Assembly (NCBI GenBank): GCA_016708565.1
Contig: JADJFN010000001.1
Location: forward strand, 476,863 to 540,862
Source of the DNA: Myxococcales bacterium
GTDB lineage: Bacteria > Myxococcota_A > Polyangia > Haliangiales > Haliangiaceae
Length of the DNA: 64,000 nucleotides
Reading direction: 5' to 3'
A model generated the notes under the pieces. The model was given only the letters and a program-made list of their open reading frames with translations. It was not told the DNA's origin and did not search any database. The position numbers and the translations under genes were made by a program. Positions 51,238 to 61,178 of this stretch are shown here, in pieces; positions within the stretch are counted from its first letter, which is position 1; each line of letters starts with the position of its first letter.

Positions 51238-52261
51238 GGCGCGGCAGGGCGGCGGTCATGCGCGGCAGCGCGGCGTGCGGCGGCGCGGGCGGGAGCGGCG
51301 CGGGCGGGAGCGGCGGCGCCGCCGGGCGGGCGACGTCGACCGAGGTCACGTCGCCGACGCCGAGATCGGTGACGTCGGTCGTGATCTCGGAGGTGTCGTC
51401 GTTCATGACCCGCGCCGGCGGCAGCTTCGCGGCGGGCTGCGCGGCCGGCAGCTGCGCCGGGACCAGCGGACCGGTGCCGCGGGCGAAGCGGCGCGGCGGC
51501 GACGGCGGCAGCGGCGTGACTGGCAGCGGCGCCGGCTGCGCGACCACCGGCGGCGGTGGCAGCGGCGGGGGCTGGAGGCGCGCGGGCAGGGGCGCGGCGG
51601 CGATCGGGCGCGCGGGCGGCGCGACCGCGGCGCCGGCCGACGTGGTGCGTCGGACCCGGGCAGGCTCCGCGACGGGGCGGGCGATCGGCGCCGCCGGGCG
51701 GGCGATCGGCGCGGCATGCGCGCGGGCGACCGGCGGGGCGCTCGGCGCTGCCGCCCGAGCCGGGCGCTGCGGCGGGGTGGCGGGCGGCGCGAGGCGGCGC
51801 GCGACCGTGGCGTTGGGCAGCGCGCGGATCGCCGGCGCCGGCACCTTGGCGGCCTCGGTCTCGGCGGCGGCGATGCGCGCGCGGGCCAGGGCCAGCTGCC
51901 ACTCCCACTCGTCGTCGTCGGCCAGGCCGTCGTCGCCGTCGTCCGGCAGCACGTCGGCGGCGATGATCACCGAGGGCATGCTGGCGGATCGAGGCGCCAC
52001 CGGGGTGGCGACTGGCGCCACCGGCGCGGCGAGCCGCGGGGCGGGGAGCGGCGGTGGCGGCGTGGGCTGCGCGATCGGCGCGACGGTCGGACCGGGCACC
52101 GGGGCCGCGAAGGCCACGTCGCTGGTCATCGCGTGCAGGTCGACGATTCTCCCGTCTGGAGTCAACATCATCCCGTACCGCGACAGCTTCACGTACCCAG
52201 CGCGCGCGAGGATGCTCTCGATGACCGCCATGGGGACCGGCTTCTGCACGGCCCGGGCCAT
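51221..52261 (-). CDS. Proline-rich protein with a compact N-terminal domain.
   Basis: MARAVQKPVPMAVIESILARAGYVKLSRYGMMLTPDGRIVDLH, then about 250 aa of Pro/Ala-rich low complexity and an acidic DDTSEITTDVTD segment. It is the only plausible part of the 1503-aa track ORF. Confidence 0.45.
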   Translation of the reverse strand: MARAVQKPVPMAVIESILARAGYVKLSRYGMMLTPDGRIVDLHAMTSDVAFAAPVPGPTVAPIAQPTPPPPLPAPRLAAPVAPVATPVAPRSASMPSVIIAADVLPDDGDDGLADDDEWEWQLALARARIAAAETEAAKVPAPAIRALPNATVARRLAPPATPPQRPARAAAPSAPPVARAHAAPIARPAAPIARPVAEPARVRRTTSAGAAVAPPARPIAAAPLPARLQPPPLPPPPVVAQPAPLPVTPLPPSPPRRFARGTGPLVPAQLPAAQPAAKLPPARVMNDDTSEITTDVTDLGVGDVTSVDVARPAAPPLPPAPLPPAPPHAALPRMTAALPRLSARR

Positions 52262-52395
52262 GTTCGCGGGGATCGCGCGTCGCGCAACTCGTCGGATCGA
52301 CGATCCCGCGTCGGTGCGGTCCGTCACCTCCGGAGCCCCAGCCCTCGGGACGGTTGTCCCCGGGCGGATCGCCGCACCCCGCCGCGCCTGGCTTC

Positions 52396-53172
<777 letters not shown>

Positions 53173-53239
53173 CGCCGGCGATGGTACGCAGGCCGGCGAT
53201 TGTCGCAACCGATCGCGCGCGCCGGTTGTCGCACCGCCC

Positions 53240-55669
53240 ATGCGTCCACTCGTGTGTGCGGTCGTGCTCGCCCTCCTGGCCGCGCCGGCGTCGGCCGACG
53301 TCCTCGGCGCCGCTCTCGATCAACCGCTGACCGAGGTGTCGCACGCCGTCGACGTGTCGGTCGTCGACGGGATCGCGACCTACAAGGTCCAGCGGGTGTT
53401 CGCCAACGGCGGCACCAAGGCCGACGAGGTACGCCTCGAGATCGATCTGCCCTACGGCGGCGCCGCCACCGGGCTGCGCATCCGGGCCCGCGATCGCTGG
53501 TACGACGGCGAGCTGATGGAGGCCGAGAAGGCCGAGAAGCTGTACCTGGAGCTCACCGGCAAGGGCCGCTGGGAGCCCAAGGACCCGGCGCTGCTGTACT
53601 GGCGGTGGGCCGACAAGCTGCGGCTGCGGGTGTTCCCGGTCATGCCCGGCGGCACCAGCACCGTCGAGTACACGCTGACCGTGCCGACGCGCTACGAGCG
53701 CGGCAAGGTGTTCCTGTCGTACCCGCGGCTGGCCGAGGGCGCCGCCGACAACCTCGCGGTGCCGGTGTTCACGATCCGCCCGGGCTGGGGCAACGCGATG
53801 ACCGCGATCAAGATCGACGGCGCGCGCAAGGCGCCCGGCGCGCCGATCGTGCTGGCTCGGCCGACCGAGCCGGCGTGGCTCGCGGCGATCAGCCACACCA
53901 GCGGCGCCAGCTACGTGGCGAGCGTGGTCGAGGTCGAGGACACCGCGCCGGCGCGCCGCGCCTTCGCCAAGGCCACCGTCACGCTCGACATCGAGCACAC
54001 CTACCGGAGCGATCTGCGGGTCGCGCTGATCACGCCCAAGGGCGACGAGGTCGAGGTCTTCGACGGCAGCGGCGGCAGCGACAACGACGTCCGCGGCGCG
54101 TTCCCCGTCGACCTGCCGGCCAAGACCGCGGGCGTCGGCGCGTGGCGCCTGGTGGTCTCGGATCACGCGGCGCTCGACGCCGGCACGCTGACCGCGTGGA
54201 AGCTGACGCTGGGCGACAAGGCGCCGGTGGTCGTCGACGCCAGCGACCTGCCGCTGTTCATCCCCGACGCGCCCGAGAACGAGTCCGACGGCGGCGTCGC
54301 GATGATCGAGCTGGCGCCGCCGCCGATCGACGCGGTGGCCAACCGCTACGGCAAGGTGGTGGCGTCGAAGGCCCACGCCTTCGGGCGTCTCGAGATCGAC
54401 GCCGCGCCCGAGCTGCGGCCGCTGCCCAAGAAGGCGCAGGTGGTGTTCGCGATCGACGCCTCGTACTCGATGGACGTCGAGGGCGTCGCCAGCCAGGTCG
54501 CGCTGATCAAGGGCTACCTGGCCCACGTCCCCGACGCCGAGGTCGAGGTGGTCGTCTATCGCCGCGCCGCGGCCCGGCTGTTCGGCGGCTTCGTCCCGGC
54601 CGGCCAGGTCGCGGCCAGGCTGGCCGCCGCCGAGCAGGCCGGCCGGCTGGCGCCGGGCAACGGCAGCGCGCTCGACGAGGGCGCGAAGCTGGCGGCGGCG
54701 CTCTTGGCCACCCGCAAGGGCGCGCTGCGGATGGTGCTGACCACCGACAACCGGCTGCGCGGCCGCTGGACCAACGACCTCGCGCTGGCCGGCCTGGCCG
54801 CGGCGCCGGCCGGCGCGGTGGTCCACGTCGTCGAGGCCAACCCGGAGGGCTTCGCGGTCGAGCTGACGCGGGACGACGCGCACCCGCTGGCGCCGCTGGC
54901 GCTGACCCACCACGGCATCGCCGCCACCGTCGTCGGGCTGGGCATCGGCGACAAGCGGCTGAGCGAGCGCGTGCTCGGGCTGGTGCGCCCGGTGCGGATC
55001 GATCACTTCGCGATCGGCGGCCTCGACCTGGTCAACGGCAAGTACGACCAGTCGATCCCCGACGTGCTCGACGAGGGCGCCGGGCTGCGGGTGGTGGTCG
55101 CCGCCGCCGCCGCGCCCGACAAGGTCGAGCTCACCGGCATGATCTGGGGCGACAAGTTCCGCCGGGTGGTCACCGCCGACGCGGCGTTCTCGAAGGCCGC
55201 CGCGGCGTGGGTGTTCTCCGAGGACGATCACCAGGAGCTGTCGCACGAAGAGATGATGACGGTGGCGATGATGGGCAAGGCGGTGTCGCCGGTGACCTCG
55301 TACCTGGCCACCGAGCCCGGCGTGCGGCCGTCGGTGATCGGCCTCGAGGAGGGCCTGGCCGGCTTCGGCGTCGGCTCGGGCATGGGCGGCATGGGCATGT
55401 CCGGCGTCGGCGGGGTGCCGCTGGCGCCGCCCGACCCGATGACGCTCCTGGCCCGCGCCGCCGCCGCGTGCGTCAAGCGGCACCAGCCCGCCGCCGGCTG
55501 GGCGGTGCACCTCGACATGGAGACCACCGGCCACGAGGTCGTCGACGTGGTGCCCGGCGCTGGCGCGACCACGCCGGTCGGCGCGTGCCTGATCGAGGCG
55601 GTGTGGGCGCTGCCGCTGCCGACCAGCTACGTCGCCGCGCGCGCGACGCACCCGCTCGACTTCCAGTGA
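53240..55669 (+). CDS. Secreted VIT-domain protein with a proprotein-convertase-like P-domain and a C-terminal Gly/Met-rich segment.
   Basis: Signal peptide MRPLVCAVVLALLAAPASA. The N-terminal region fits the VIT pattern (VDGIATYKVQRVFANGGTKADEVRLEIDLPYGGAATGLRIRARDRWYDGELMEAEKAEKLY). VTLDIEHTYRSDLRVALITPKGDEVEVFDGSGGSDNDV...TAWKLTL resembles a P-domain. GMGGMGMSGVGGV near the C-terminus. Confidence 0.65.
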   Translation: MRPLVCAVVLALLAAPASADVLGAALDQPLTEVSHAVDVSVVDGIATYKVQRVFANGGTKADEVRLEIDLPYGGAATGLRIRARDRWYDGELMEAEKAEKLYLELTGKGRWEPKDPALLYWRWADKLRLRVFPVMPGGTSTVEYTLTVPTRYERGKVFLSYPRLAEGAADNLAVPVFTIRPGWGNAMTAIKIDGARKAPGAPIVLARPTEPAWLAAISHTSGASYVASVVEVEDTAPARRAFAKATVTLDIEHTYRSDLRVALITPKGDEVEVFDGSGGSDNDVRGAFPVDLPAKTAGVGAWRLVVSDHAALDAGTLTAWKLTLGDKAPVVVDASDLPLFIPDAPENESDGGVAMIELAPPPIDAVANRYGKVVASKAHAFGRLEIDAAPELRPLPKKAQVVFAIDASYSMDVEGVASQVALIKGYLAHVPDAEVEVVVYRRAAARLFGGFVPAGQVAARLAAAEQAGRLAPGNGSALDEGAKLAAALLATRKGALRMVLTTDNRLRGRWTNDLALAGLAAAPAGAVVHVVEANPEGFAVELTRDDAHPLAPLALTHHGIAATVVGLGIGDKRLSERVLGLVRPVRIDHFAIGGLDLVNGKYDQSIPDVLDEGAGLRVVVAAAAAPDKVELTGMIWGDKFRRVVTADAAFSKAAAAWVFSEDDHQELSHEEMMTVAMMGKAVSPVTSYLATEPGVRPSVIGLEEGLAGFGVGSGMGGMGMSGVGGVPLAPPDPMTLLARAAAACVKRHQPAAGWAVHLDMETTGHEVVDVVPGAGATTPVGACLIEAVWALPLPTSYVAARATHPLDFQ

Positions 55670-55771
55670 AGGCCGGGCGGCCACGGCGCCGCCGCGCAAG
55701 GTTTCTTCACGTCCGCGGCGGCACTGGCGCAACGTCGGGCCCGCAGCTTGGGTAGCGAAAAGGAGCTACTC

Positions 55772-56287
55772 ATGCTGTGTCTCGCACTCGGTCTCGGAGT
55801 CCTCGGCGCCATCGGCTTCGCGCGCATGCACCGGCGCCACCACGGCTGGCACGGCGGCGGTTGCCACGGCGGCGGTTGCCACGGCGGCGGTTGCCACGGC
55901 GGCCACGGCCACCACCACGGCGGCTGGCGCCACCGCCGCGCCCGCCGCTGGATGCTGGGCCGGATGTTCGAGCGCATCGACGCAAGCCCCGCGCAGGAGC
56001 GGGCGCTGGTGGCCGAGCTCGATCAGCTCGAGCAGCGGCTGCGCACCGCCCGCGGCAACCTGACCGCGCTGCGGCCGACGCTGGCCGAGGCGCTGCACGC
56101 CGACACGCTCGACGCCACCGCGGCGGCCGGCCTCGAGGCCGGGGTCGACGCGGCGATCGCCGACGCCCGCGCCGCGCTGTTCGACTCGCTGCGCGCGATC
56201 CACGGGCTGCTCGATCCCAAGCAGCGCGCCACCCTCGCGGCGATGCTCGGCGGCGCGGCCCGCGGCGCCGGCCCCTACCGCGTCTGA
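55772..56287 (+). CDS. Periplasmic Spy/CpxP/ZraP-family protein with a Cys/His-rich metal-binding repeat.
   Basis: AGGAG ribosome-binding site 7 nt before the ATG. Signal peptide. HGWHGGGCHGGGCHGGGCHGGHGHHHGGWRH, then a helical LTXXQ-type stress-protein region (SPAQERALVAELDQLEQRL...LDPKQRATL). Confidence 0.65.
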   Translation: MLCLALGLGVLGAIGFARMHRRHHGWHGGGCHGGGCHGGGCHGGHGHHHGGWRHRRARRWMLGRMFERIDASPAQERALVAELDQLEQRLRTARGNLTALRPTLAEALHADTLDATAAAGLEAGVDAAIADARAALFDSLRAIHGLLDPKQRATLAAMLGGAARGAGPYRV

Positions 56288-56317
56288 GCGCGGCAACCGT
56301 GCGAGGATGAACGCCCG

Positions 56318-57004
56318 ATGCGGGTCCTGCTCATCGACGACGACGCCCGGCTCGCCGAGCTGCTCGTCGCGTACCTGGCGCCGCAGGGCGTCGCGCTCAC
56401 CCACGCGCCCGGCGGCCAGGCCGGGCTGGCCCAGGTCGCGGCCGGCGGCTGGGACGCGGTCCTGCTCGACGTGATGATGCCGGGGCTCGACGGCCTGGCG
56501 GTGCTGCGCCAGCTGCGCGCCAAGGACGCGCGGCTGCCGGTGCTGATGCTCACCGCGCGCGGCGACGAGTCGGATCGTGTCGTCGGGCTCGAGCTCGGCG
56601 CCGACGACTACGTCGCCAAGCCGTTCTCGCCGCGCGAGCTCCTGGCCCGGCTGCGCGCGGTGGTGCGGCGGGCCACGCCGAGCGCGGTCGCGGCGCGGAT
56701 CGCCGCCGCCGGCATCGAGGTCGACGTCGCCGGCCGGCAGGCGTGGGTCGACGGCGCGCCGCTCGAGCTGACCGCGCTCGAGCTCGACCTGCTGACGGTG
56801 CTGGTGCAGCGCGCCGGCCGGGTCGTGCCGCGGGCCGCGCTGCTCGAGCTGGCCGGCCGCGACGACACCACCGTCGGCGATCGCACGATCGACGTCCACA
56901 TCTCGCGGTTGCGCAAGAAGCTGGGCGAGCCGGCCGCGGCGCGGCTCAAGACCGTGCGCGGCATCGGCTACACGCTGGCCCGCGGCGCCGACGAGGCGCC
57001 GTGA
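56318..57004 (+). CDS. OmpR-family response regulator.
   Basis: MRVLLIDDD...DAVLLDVMMPGLDG receiver domain, and C-terminal winged helix ...RTIDVHISRLRKKL...GIGYTL. Confidence 0.9.
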   Translation: MRVLLIDDDARLAELLVAYLAPQGVALTHAPGGQAGLAQVAAGGWDAVLLDVMMPGLDGLAVLRQLRAKDARLPVLMLTARGDESDRVVGLELGADDYVAKPFSPRELLARLRAVVRRATPSAVAARIAAAGIEVDVAGRQAWVDGAPLELTALELDLLTVLVQRAGRVVPRAALLELAGRDDTTVGDRTIDVHISRLRKKLGEPAAARLKTVRGIGYTLARGADEAP

Positions 57005-58047
57005 GATCGCGGCGGCGCTGGCGCGAGGAGCTGCGCGCCGAGCGCGAGTTCTGGCGGCGCCACCACGCGATGCACCACGCGATGCACCACGCGCGGCGCC
57101 ACCGCCACGGGCCGTGGTGGCTGCAGGGCAAGCTGCGGCTGCGCATCTTCCTCGGCTTCGGCGTGGCGCTGGCCGCCGGCGCGTGGGTCGGCGCGCGCCA
57201 GCCGCACTGGTGGCAGCTCGCGCTGATCCTGTCGGCGCTGTGGATGGTGGCGGGCGCGATGGCGTGGCGGCTGACCCGGCCGCTGGTGGTGACGATCGCC
57301 GCGGCCCGGGCGATCGGCGACGGCAAGCTCGACACCCGGGTCGACGTCGGCCACCGCGGCGAGCTGGCGATCCTCGCGAGCGCGCTCAACCACATGGCGG
57401 CGCGCATCGAGCAACAGCTGCGCGATCAGAAGGCGCTCCTGGCCGCGGTCTCGCACGAGCTGCGCACGCCGCTGGGCCACCTGCGGGTGATGATCGAGAC
57501 CGCGCGCGAGCAGGCCGACTGGCGCGCCCTCGACGCGGTCGAGCGGGAGCTGCTGGCGCTCGACGATCTGGTGGCGCGGCTCCTGGCGTCGTCGCGCCTC
57601 GAGTTCGGGCGGATCGAGCGGCGGCCGCTCGACGTCGCGGCGCTCACCGCCGACGTCGCGCTGGCCAGCGGGGTCTCGGCCGACGTGATCGCCGCCGAGG
57701 GCGACGCCACCGCGGCGATCGATCCGACGCTGGTGCGCCGCGCGATCGCCAACCTGATCGACAACGCCGCCCGCCACGGCGGCGGCGTGACCGCGATCCG
57801 CATCGAGCGGCGCGCCGACGAGGTGGTGGTCGAGGTCGACGACGCCGGCCCCGGGCTGCCCGCCGATCGGGTCGGCGACGTCGGCCGCGCGTTCGTGCCG
57901 TCGACCGGCGGCGGCCTGGGCTTGGGCCTGGCGCTGGTCGCGCGGATCGCCGCCGCCCACGACGGCCGGAGCTGGGCCGGCGAGCGCCCCGGCGGCGGCG
58001 CCCGGGTCGGGCTGAGCCTCGCGGTGGCGCCGCGCGCCGAGCCGTGA
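57001..58047 (+). CDS. Sensor histidine kinase with a His-rich N-terminal tail and a minimal periplasmic loop.
   Basis: GTG start overlaps the response regulator's TGA. RRHHAMHHAMHHARRHRHG, then two closely spaced TM helices, a HAMP-like region, the H-box AAVSHELRTPL, and the N (IDNAARHG) and G (DDAGPGL, GGGLGLGLALV) boxes. Confidence 0.8.
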   Translation: MRSRRRWREELRAEREFWRRHHAMHHAMHHARRHRHGPWWLQGKLRLRIFLGFGVALAAGAWVGARQPHWWQLALILSALWMVAGAMAWRLTRPLVVTIAAARAIGDGKLDTRVDVGHRGELAILASALNHMAARIEQQLRDQKALLAAVSHELRTPLGHLRVMIETAREQADWRALDAVERELLALDDLVARLLASSRLEFGRIERRPLDVAALTADVALASGVSADVIAAEGDATAAIDPTLVRRAIANLIDNAARHGGGVTAIRIERRADEVVVEVDDAGPGLPADRVGDVGRAFVPSTGGGLGLGLALVARIAAAHDGRSWAGERPGGGARVGLSLAVAPRAEP

Positions 58048-58050
58048 GCG

Positions 58051-59430
58051 TCAGCCCGCGAGCGTGAGGATCGCGATCGCCGCGTCGAGCCGGGTCGCGG
58101 CCTGATCGTCGGCCAGCGCGCCCCACAGGCCGGCGGTGATGGCGCCGGCGCCGACGTGGGCCTGCACCACCGCGCGCCGCACGTCGGCGTCGGGCGAGCC
58201 GGCGAGCTCGGTGAGGATCGCCGCGCCGTGCGGGTCGCCGAGCCGCGCCAGCTCGGCGGCGGCGTCGGCGCGATCGGCCGGGGCCGCGGTCGCCGCGAGC
58301 GCGGTCAGCGCGGTGAGCGCGGCGCCGTGCTGACCCAGGTACGCCAGCGCGCGGGCCGCGGCCAGCTTCACCGTCGGCGCCGGATCGGCGAGCGCCGCGG
58401 TGGCGCGGGCGATCGCCGCGTCCTGCGGCAGCGCCGCGGCCAGCAGGTTGACCACGCCGGCGCGGGTGCCGACGTCGGTGGCGCCCAGCGCGCGATCGAA
58501 CACCGCCACCGCGGCGGCGCGATCGCCGCGCCGGTGCGCCGCGGTCGCCGCCACCATCGGATCGGCGTGGGCGAGCAGCGCCTCGAGCGCCGGCTTGCCG
58601 CCGGCCTTGGCCACCAGCGCCACCGCGGCCAGCCGCACGGCGAGCGACTCGTCGGCCAGGAAGCGCGTCGCGTCGGGCAGGGCCGCCCGGCCACCGCCGC
58701 CGGCGGCCAGCGCCGCGATCGCCGCGGCCCGGACCTCGGCCGCGCCGTCGCCGGTCATCGTCACCAGCTCGGCCGCGCCGTCGCCGCCGACCGTGCCCAG
58801 GTAGCGCGCGACCGCGGCTCGCACCTGCGGGTCGGGATCGCCGGCCAGCGGCCGCAGGTCGTCGATCGCCAGCCGCCGGACCTTGCGGCCGATGCCTTCG
58901 ACGGCGATCGCCCGGGCCCGCGGGTCGTCGGAGCGCAGCATCTGCTGGGCGACGTCGGGGGCCTGGCCGAACGAGCGCAGCACCGCCACCGCCGCCGCCG
59001 CCGCCACCGCGTCGTCGTCGTCGCCCATCGCCTTGCCGACGTCCTCGGCCAGCTCCTCGAGCTCGAGGCGCTCGATCGCGCGGATCGCGGTCAGCCGCAG
59101 CGCCGCCGACGGCGACGTCACGCCCTGCCACACGGTGGTCAGCGCCATCGTGCGCAGCGCCTTGCGATCGTCGGTGCCGCCGTGCTGCGCGCGCCACGCC
59201 CGGTAGTCGGCCACCGCGCGGCCGGGATCGCCCAGGCCGAGCAGCGCGCGCAGCCGGATGCGGTGCAGCTCGGCGTCGCCGGGGTGCTTGGACAGCTCGG
59301 CCGCGGTGTAGTCCGAGGCGCCGCGGTAGTCCCCGCGGGCCAGGAGCGTGTTGGCGTGCTGGACCGACGCCGACGGCCCGCAGGCGGTGGCGGCGATCAC
59401 GACGAGGGACAGGAGCAGGGCAGGGCGCAT
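58051..59430 (-). CDS. HEAT/PBS-lyase-repeat lipoprotein.
   Basis: MRPALLLSLVVIAATAC lipobox. Repeated DPxVRxxAxxALGxxG-type HEAT-like units (DPRARAIAVEGIG, DPQVRAAVARYLG, DADVRRAVVQAHVG). Confidence 0.65.
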   Translation of the reverse strand: MRPALLLSLVVIAATACGPSASVQHANTLLARGDYRGASDYTAAELSKHPGDAELHRIRLRALLGLGDPGRAVADYRAWRAQHGGTDDRKALRTMALTTVWQGVTSPSAALRLTAIRAIERLELEELAEDVGKAMGDDDDAVAAAAAVAVLRSFGQAPDVAQQMLRSDDPRARAIAVEGIGRKVRRLAIDDLRPLAGDPDPQVRAAVARYLGTVGGDGAAELVTMTGDGAAEVRAAAIAALAAGGGGRAALPDATRFLADESLAVRLAAVALVAKAGGKPALEALLAHADPMVAATAAHRRGDRAAAVAVFDRALGATDVGTRAGVVNLLAAALPQDAAIARATAALADPAPTVKLAAARALAYLGQHGAALTALTALAATAAPADRADAAAELARLGDPHGAAILTELAGSPDADVRRAVVQAHVGAGAITAGLWGALADDQAATRLDAAIAILTLAG

Positions 59431-59549
59431 GGCGGACTCCGACGGCAAGGATGCACCGCCCGACCCGGGCGGGCCAGGCGCGCGTGCCTGAGGTGTGTGC
59501 CTGCGTAGTGGCGGCGCCCGCCGCCGCGGTTACGTGCTACCCACAGCGC

Positions 59550-60242
59550 GTGACGCTGCGCGCGATCCTCTTCGATCTCGATGGCACCCTGGTCGACAGC
59601 GAGGCCGACTACGCCGAGGCCATCGCCCGCTGCGTCGCCCGCGAGTTCGCGATCACGCTCACCGCCGCCGATCGCGCCTACGGCACCGGCCGCTCGTGGG
59701 TCGCGATCCACGCGTACCTGCGCGAGCGCTACCCGGCGCTGGCCTGGGATCGCGACGCGTTGATCGCCGCGACCGCCGCCGAGAGCCGGGCGCTGTTCGC
59801 CGAGCGCGGCATCACCGTGCTCCCCGGGGCCCACGCCGCGGTGGCGCGGTTCGACGCCTTCGCCCGGGGCCTGGTGACCGGCAGCTCGCGGGCCGAGGCC
59901 GGGCACATGCTCGAGCTCCTGCGCCTGAGCGACGCGTTCGCGATCACGCTGTGCGCCGAGGACGTGCCGCGGTCCAAGCCGGCGCCCGACGGCTACCTGG
60001 CGGCGTGCGCCCACCTCGGCGTCGCGCCGGCCGAGGCGCTGGTCATCGAGGACTCGGCGGCCGGGTGCGCCGCCGGCCGCGCCGCCGGCTGCGCGGTGGT
60101 CGCGGTGCGGGCCGGCAACCGCGGCGGGCAAGATCAGGGCGCGGCCCACGTCGTGGTCGACACCCTCGACGCGATCACCATCGAGCTGGCCCACGAGGTG
60201 GCGCGATCGGTCGACCGTGGGTATGGTGCGCCGACGGCATGA
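59550..60242 (+). CDS. HAD-superfamily hydrolase (beta-phosphoglucomutase / phosphatase-like).
   Basis: LRAILFDLDGTLVDSE (motif I DxDGT), LVTGSSR (motif II), SKPAPDGY and VIEDSAAG (motifs III/IV). GTG start. Its stop overlaps the next gene's ATG (ATGA). Confidence 0.75.
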   Translation: MTLRAILFDLDGTLVDSEADYAEAIARCVAREFAITLTAADRAYGTGRSWVAIHAYLRERYPALAWDRDALIAATAAESRALFAERGITVLPGAHAAVARFDAFARGLVTGSSRAEAGHMLELLRLSDAFAITLCAEDVPRSKPAPDGYLAACAHLGVAPAEALVIEDSAAGCAAGRAAGCAVVAVRAGNRGGQDQGAAHVVVDTLDAITIELAHEVARSVDRGYGAPTA

Positions 60243-61171
60243 AGCTCCCGCCGCGCGTCACCGTGTACGAGGTCGGGCCCCGCGATGGCCTGCAGAACGA
60301 GGCGCGGCACGTGCCGACCGCCGAGAAGATCGCGTTCATCACGGCGCTGATCGACAGCGGCCTCTCGCGCATCGAGATCACCAGCTTCGTCAGCCCCAAG
60401 TGGATCCCGCAGCTGGCCGACGCCGCCGAGGTCGCGCGCGGCGTGCCGCGCAAGGAGGGCGTCGTGCTGTCGTGCCTGGTGCCCAACCGCCGCGGGCTCG
60501 ACACCGCGCTGGCCGCCGGGATGCGCGAGGTCGCGGTGTTCATGTCGGCGTCGGAGACGCACAACAAGAAGAACGTCAACAAGACGATGCGCGAGACGCT
60601 GGCGGCGTTCGCCGACGTCGTGCCGCCCGCGCTGGCCGCCGGCGTGCCGGTGCGCGCGTACCTGTCGACGTGCTTCGGCTGTCCCTACGAGGGCGACGTC
60701 GATCCCGCGGTGGTGGTCGAGCTGTGCCGCGAGCTGCGGGCGATGGGCGTCTACCAGGTCTCGGTGTCCGACACGATCGGCGTCGCCAACCCGGCGCAGG
60801 TCGAGGACGTGCTCAGCCGGGTGCTGACCGAGGTGCCGCTCGAGGCGGTGGCGGTGCACTTCCACGACACCCAGGGCACCGCGCTGGCCAACTGCGTCAC
60901 CGCGCTGCAGCTCGGCGTCACCACGATCGACTCGTCGGTCGGCGGCCTCGGCGGCTGCCCCTACGCGCCCGGCGCCTCGGGCAACCTCGCCACCGACGAT
61001 CTGGTCGGCATGCTGCACTCGATGGGCATCGCGACCGGCATCGATCTCGACAAGCTGGTCATCGCCGCGCGCCAGGCCGCCACGTTCATCGGCCACGACC
61101 TGCCGTCGAAGTTCCTCAAGGCCTACCTCGGCAAGCAGGCGCGCGCGCGCCGCCGCGCCGAGCTGGGCTGA
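60239..61171 (+). CDS. Hydroxymethylglutaryl-CoA lyase.
   Basis: TVYEVGPRDGLQNE (catalytic Arg/Asp), EITSFVSPKWIPQ, VHFHDTQGTALAN and GLGGCPYA are canonical HMG-CoA lyase motifs. Confidence 0.9.
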   Translation: MKLPPRVTVYEVGPRDGLQNEARHVPTAEKIAFITALIDSGLSRIEITSFVSPKWIPQLADAAEVARGVPRKEGVVLSCLVPNRRGLDTALAAGMREVAVFMSASETHNKKNVNKTMRETLAAFADVVPPALAAGVPVRAYLSTCFGCPYEGDVDPAVVVELCRELRAMGVYQVSVSDTIGVANPAQVEDVLSRVLTEVPLEAVAVHFHDTQGTALANCVTALQLGVTTIDSSVGGLGGCPYAPGASGNLATDDLVGMLHSMGIATGIDLDKLVIAARQAATFIGHDLPSKFLKAYLGKQARARRRAELG

Positions 61172-61178
61172 GACATGC

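Noticed and set aside
55850-55915. Short tandem direct repeats GGTTGCCACGGCGGC (three copies), which look CRISPR-like.
   Set aside because: They are in-frame coding repeats (GGGCH x3) inside the Spy/CpxP-like protein. No spacers, no cas genes, and the period is far too short.
57644-59197. 517-aa minus-strand ORF and 450-aa plus-strand ORF (58156-59508).
   Set aside because: Both overlap the histidine kinase and the HEAT-repeat lipoprotein in the wrong frame or strand. The chosen frames carry H/N/G boxes and a lipobox respectively.
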